A DNA stretch of 38,928 nucleotides from Narcine bancroftii (Eukaryota), in NCBI RefSeq assembly GCF_036971445.1, contig NC_091482.1, positions 62,806,001 through 62,844,928 on the forward strand, given 5' to 3'. Under the pieces are notes generated by a model, which made no database searches, had not been told where the DNA came from, and worked only from the letters and a program-made list of their open reading frames with translations. Below are positions 36,929 through 38,928 of this stretch, piece after piece. Both the position numbers and the translations under genes were made by a program. Numbering within the stretch: position 1 is the stretch's first letter; each line of letters begins with the position of its first letter.

Positions 36929-37917
36929 CCACTCACATACCACCTTAAGTAATCGCTTACTAACCACACAGCACCTATGGAGTAGGATGCTGTAGGTTAG
37001 GGGAGGCCAAACCGTAGCTTGCGAGCCACAGGTAGCACTTCAACATATGAATGTGCGGCTCACGGAAATATGTTGGGTGAGACAGGAATCGTCGTGCTCA
37101 CAGTGATAGTTTCATTGGGTGCAGCTCCAGTTGCGGGAAGTAAAATTAGCCAAGTCTAAGTGTGATCCAGGCCGTCCGCCCTCACACTATGAAGTTTGGT
37201 AGTCAAGCATCACACAATCCTTACAAACCAACACTTGACAGAGATAATTCTAGAGCCTTAACACACATCAGCTGGATTTTCAATTGCTCATAGCCAAGAT
37301 GGAGATTCACAATCATCAGTCAGGATTTAGAAAATATTTGCTAAGTTTATGTGTACTTTTAGATTATTGAAATGAATACAAATTAGCTGGTTAAAAACTG
37401 AATATATGAATAAATATTACATGCATATATTTCTTAATATTTATATAAAATATTTGTGACAAAATAGGATGCAAGAGTAAAAATATGTTTGTAATATTTT
37501 TTCATGTCTTGCGGTTCTCAAACATCAATATCACAATATTGTCACATAATACATTTAGAATGTAACATACATGTGGCGCTTACTTTTAGCAAATTTGGTC
37601 ACCCTGCTTCTAGGTGCTCAGTGAGGGGTTGCTTAAGGTGGTGTGCGAGTGGAAAGGGAAGGATGAGAAACACTGTTCTAGACCCAATTGTTACTGAAAT
37701 ATTTTGCTTGAGAAAAATTGTCATTGGCACATTTCCTTTGGAGTTATGAAACCGTGCACATAACGAGTCAATTAGGTACAATTAAAACAGTGGTTTCAAA
37801 CTTTTTTTTCCACCCACATCCCACCTTAAGCAATCCCTTATTAATCACAGAGCACCTATGGCATAGGGAATACTTGAAGTAGTATGTGAGTGGAAAGAAA
37901 AATTTTGAGAACCACTG
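36929..37917. mobile_element. hAT MITE of the 7250-7613 family, interrupted by a second hAT element
   Basis: Family sequence at about 36929-36985 and 37612-37917, ending TTGAGAACCACTG. Confidence 0.7.
36998..37606 (+). mobile_element. Internally deleted hAT transposon with a transposase C-terminal remnant
   Basis: Ends TAGGGGAGGCCAAAC and ATTTGGTCACCCTG. About 37220-37330 reads LTNQHLTEII...DFQLLIAKMEIH across frameshifts, resembling the tail of the hAT dimerisation domain. Confidence 0.6.
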
Positions 37918-38928
37918 CTCCAACACATTTGTGTACACACTGTACACAAGTTAATACATGGCAAGTTAATACTTTTTTTTCCAATGAAGCTTGGCAAAAC
38001 ATTCAACTAAACCCCAGCCCAGATATGTAAAGAGATACTTGATGACTTATATGGGTAGAATGGACCATTTATTCTAAATATACTTTAGGGCTTCAGGACT
38101 TTAGATGCCTGACAGCCCTCTGGTGGGAACAGATCGAACAACACAGATGTAAAACAGGAAAATCTGCAGATGCTGGGGAGTAAAAACTCACAGTAAATGG
38201 AGGAACTCAGCCAGTCTCACAGCTTCCATCGGAGGTAAATATGTATTACGACTTTTTGGACCTCCGCCATTTTTCAAGTGAAACACAGAAACCAGGTGGT
38301 GGAAACTTGAGCGAGTACAGAGAAACTGGAGGGACTCAGTGGGTCAGGTGGCATCCAGAAATGGTCAGGCATTTAAGACCAGGACCCTTTAAGAATAAAG
38401 TGGGAAGAGATGTGATATAAGGGAATTGAGTGTAAAGGTTCTAATATTGTCACATAATACATTTAGAATGTAACATACATGAAATTCTTCAACTTTTGTC
38501 TACCGTAGTCATCACTTTGTCCCATGCCCCTCACAGAAACCTCAGGAAGGAGGAAATCGGTCTTTCTTGTCACTATAATAAAGAATATTGTAGAATTAAA
38601 AAAATTGCTCATTAGTAAAATTAAAGTAGGTTGAAAATTTTCCATGTAGATGATACCTCTCACATCTTGTCAAAGGTGCAACTATATATTGGTGAAACAG
38701 TCAAATGACAGGAATTTGTGGTCAGATCTTACCTTGGTTGTACTTGCCAAGTTATCATGAAATGTAGTGCAGAAGTTAAATTAATAAAGAGTATTATAAA
38801 ATCATGAGGGGTCATGGATAAAGTGACTGTTTACAGTCTCTGTTCCAGAATAGCTGCTTCTAGGACTCGAGAGCAGAGGTTTAAGGGGTGAGATTTAAAA
38901 GGGACCTGAGGGATACCATTTTCCCTCC

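Overview
This is vertebrate genomic DNA, not prokaryotic. The repeat repertoire (tRNA-derived SINEs, CR1 and Rex1-type LINE fragments, Penelope-like elements, hAT/Tigger-type MITEs) suggests a cartilaginous fish, which is an inference. Two genes sit head-to-head about 20 kb apart. On the minus strand are the first three coding exons (signal peptide and prodomain) of an ADAMTS7/12-subfamily metalloprotease, most similar to ADAMTS7; the gene continues off the left edge. On the plus strand is a single-exon relaxin-family peptide receptor (RXFP3-like, rxfp3-3 type) that is heavily disabled by three frameshifts, a nonsense codon and several small deletions. The rest is intronic or intergenic and rich in repeats. 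The most notable observations are the deletion-riddled receptor pseudogene, several short locally templated copies (direct and inverted) with microhomology junctions, dispersed hammerhead-ribozyme-like cores in Penelope-derived repeats, a perfect 37x19-bp minisatellite inside a SINE, and a CpG-rich solo LTR. I do not see convincing evidence of a wholly new multi-gene system. Protein comparisons are from memory of the families, and repeat boundaries are approximate unless stated.
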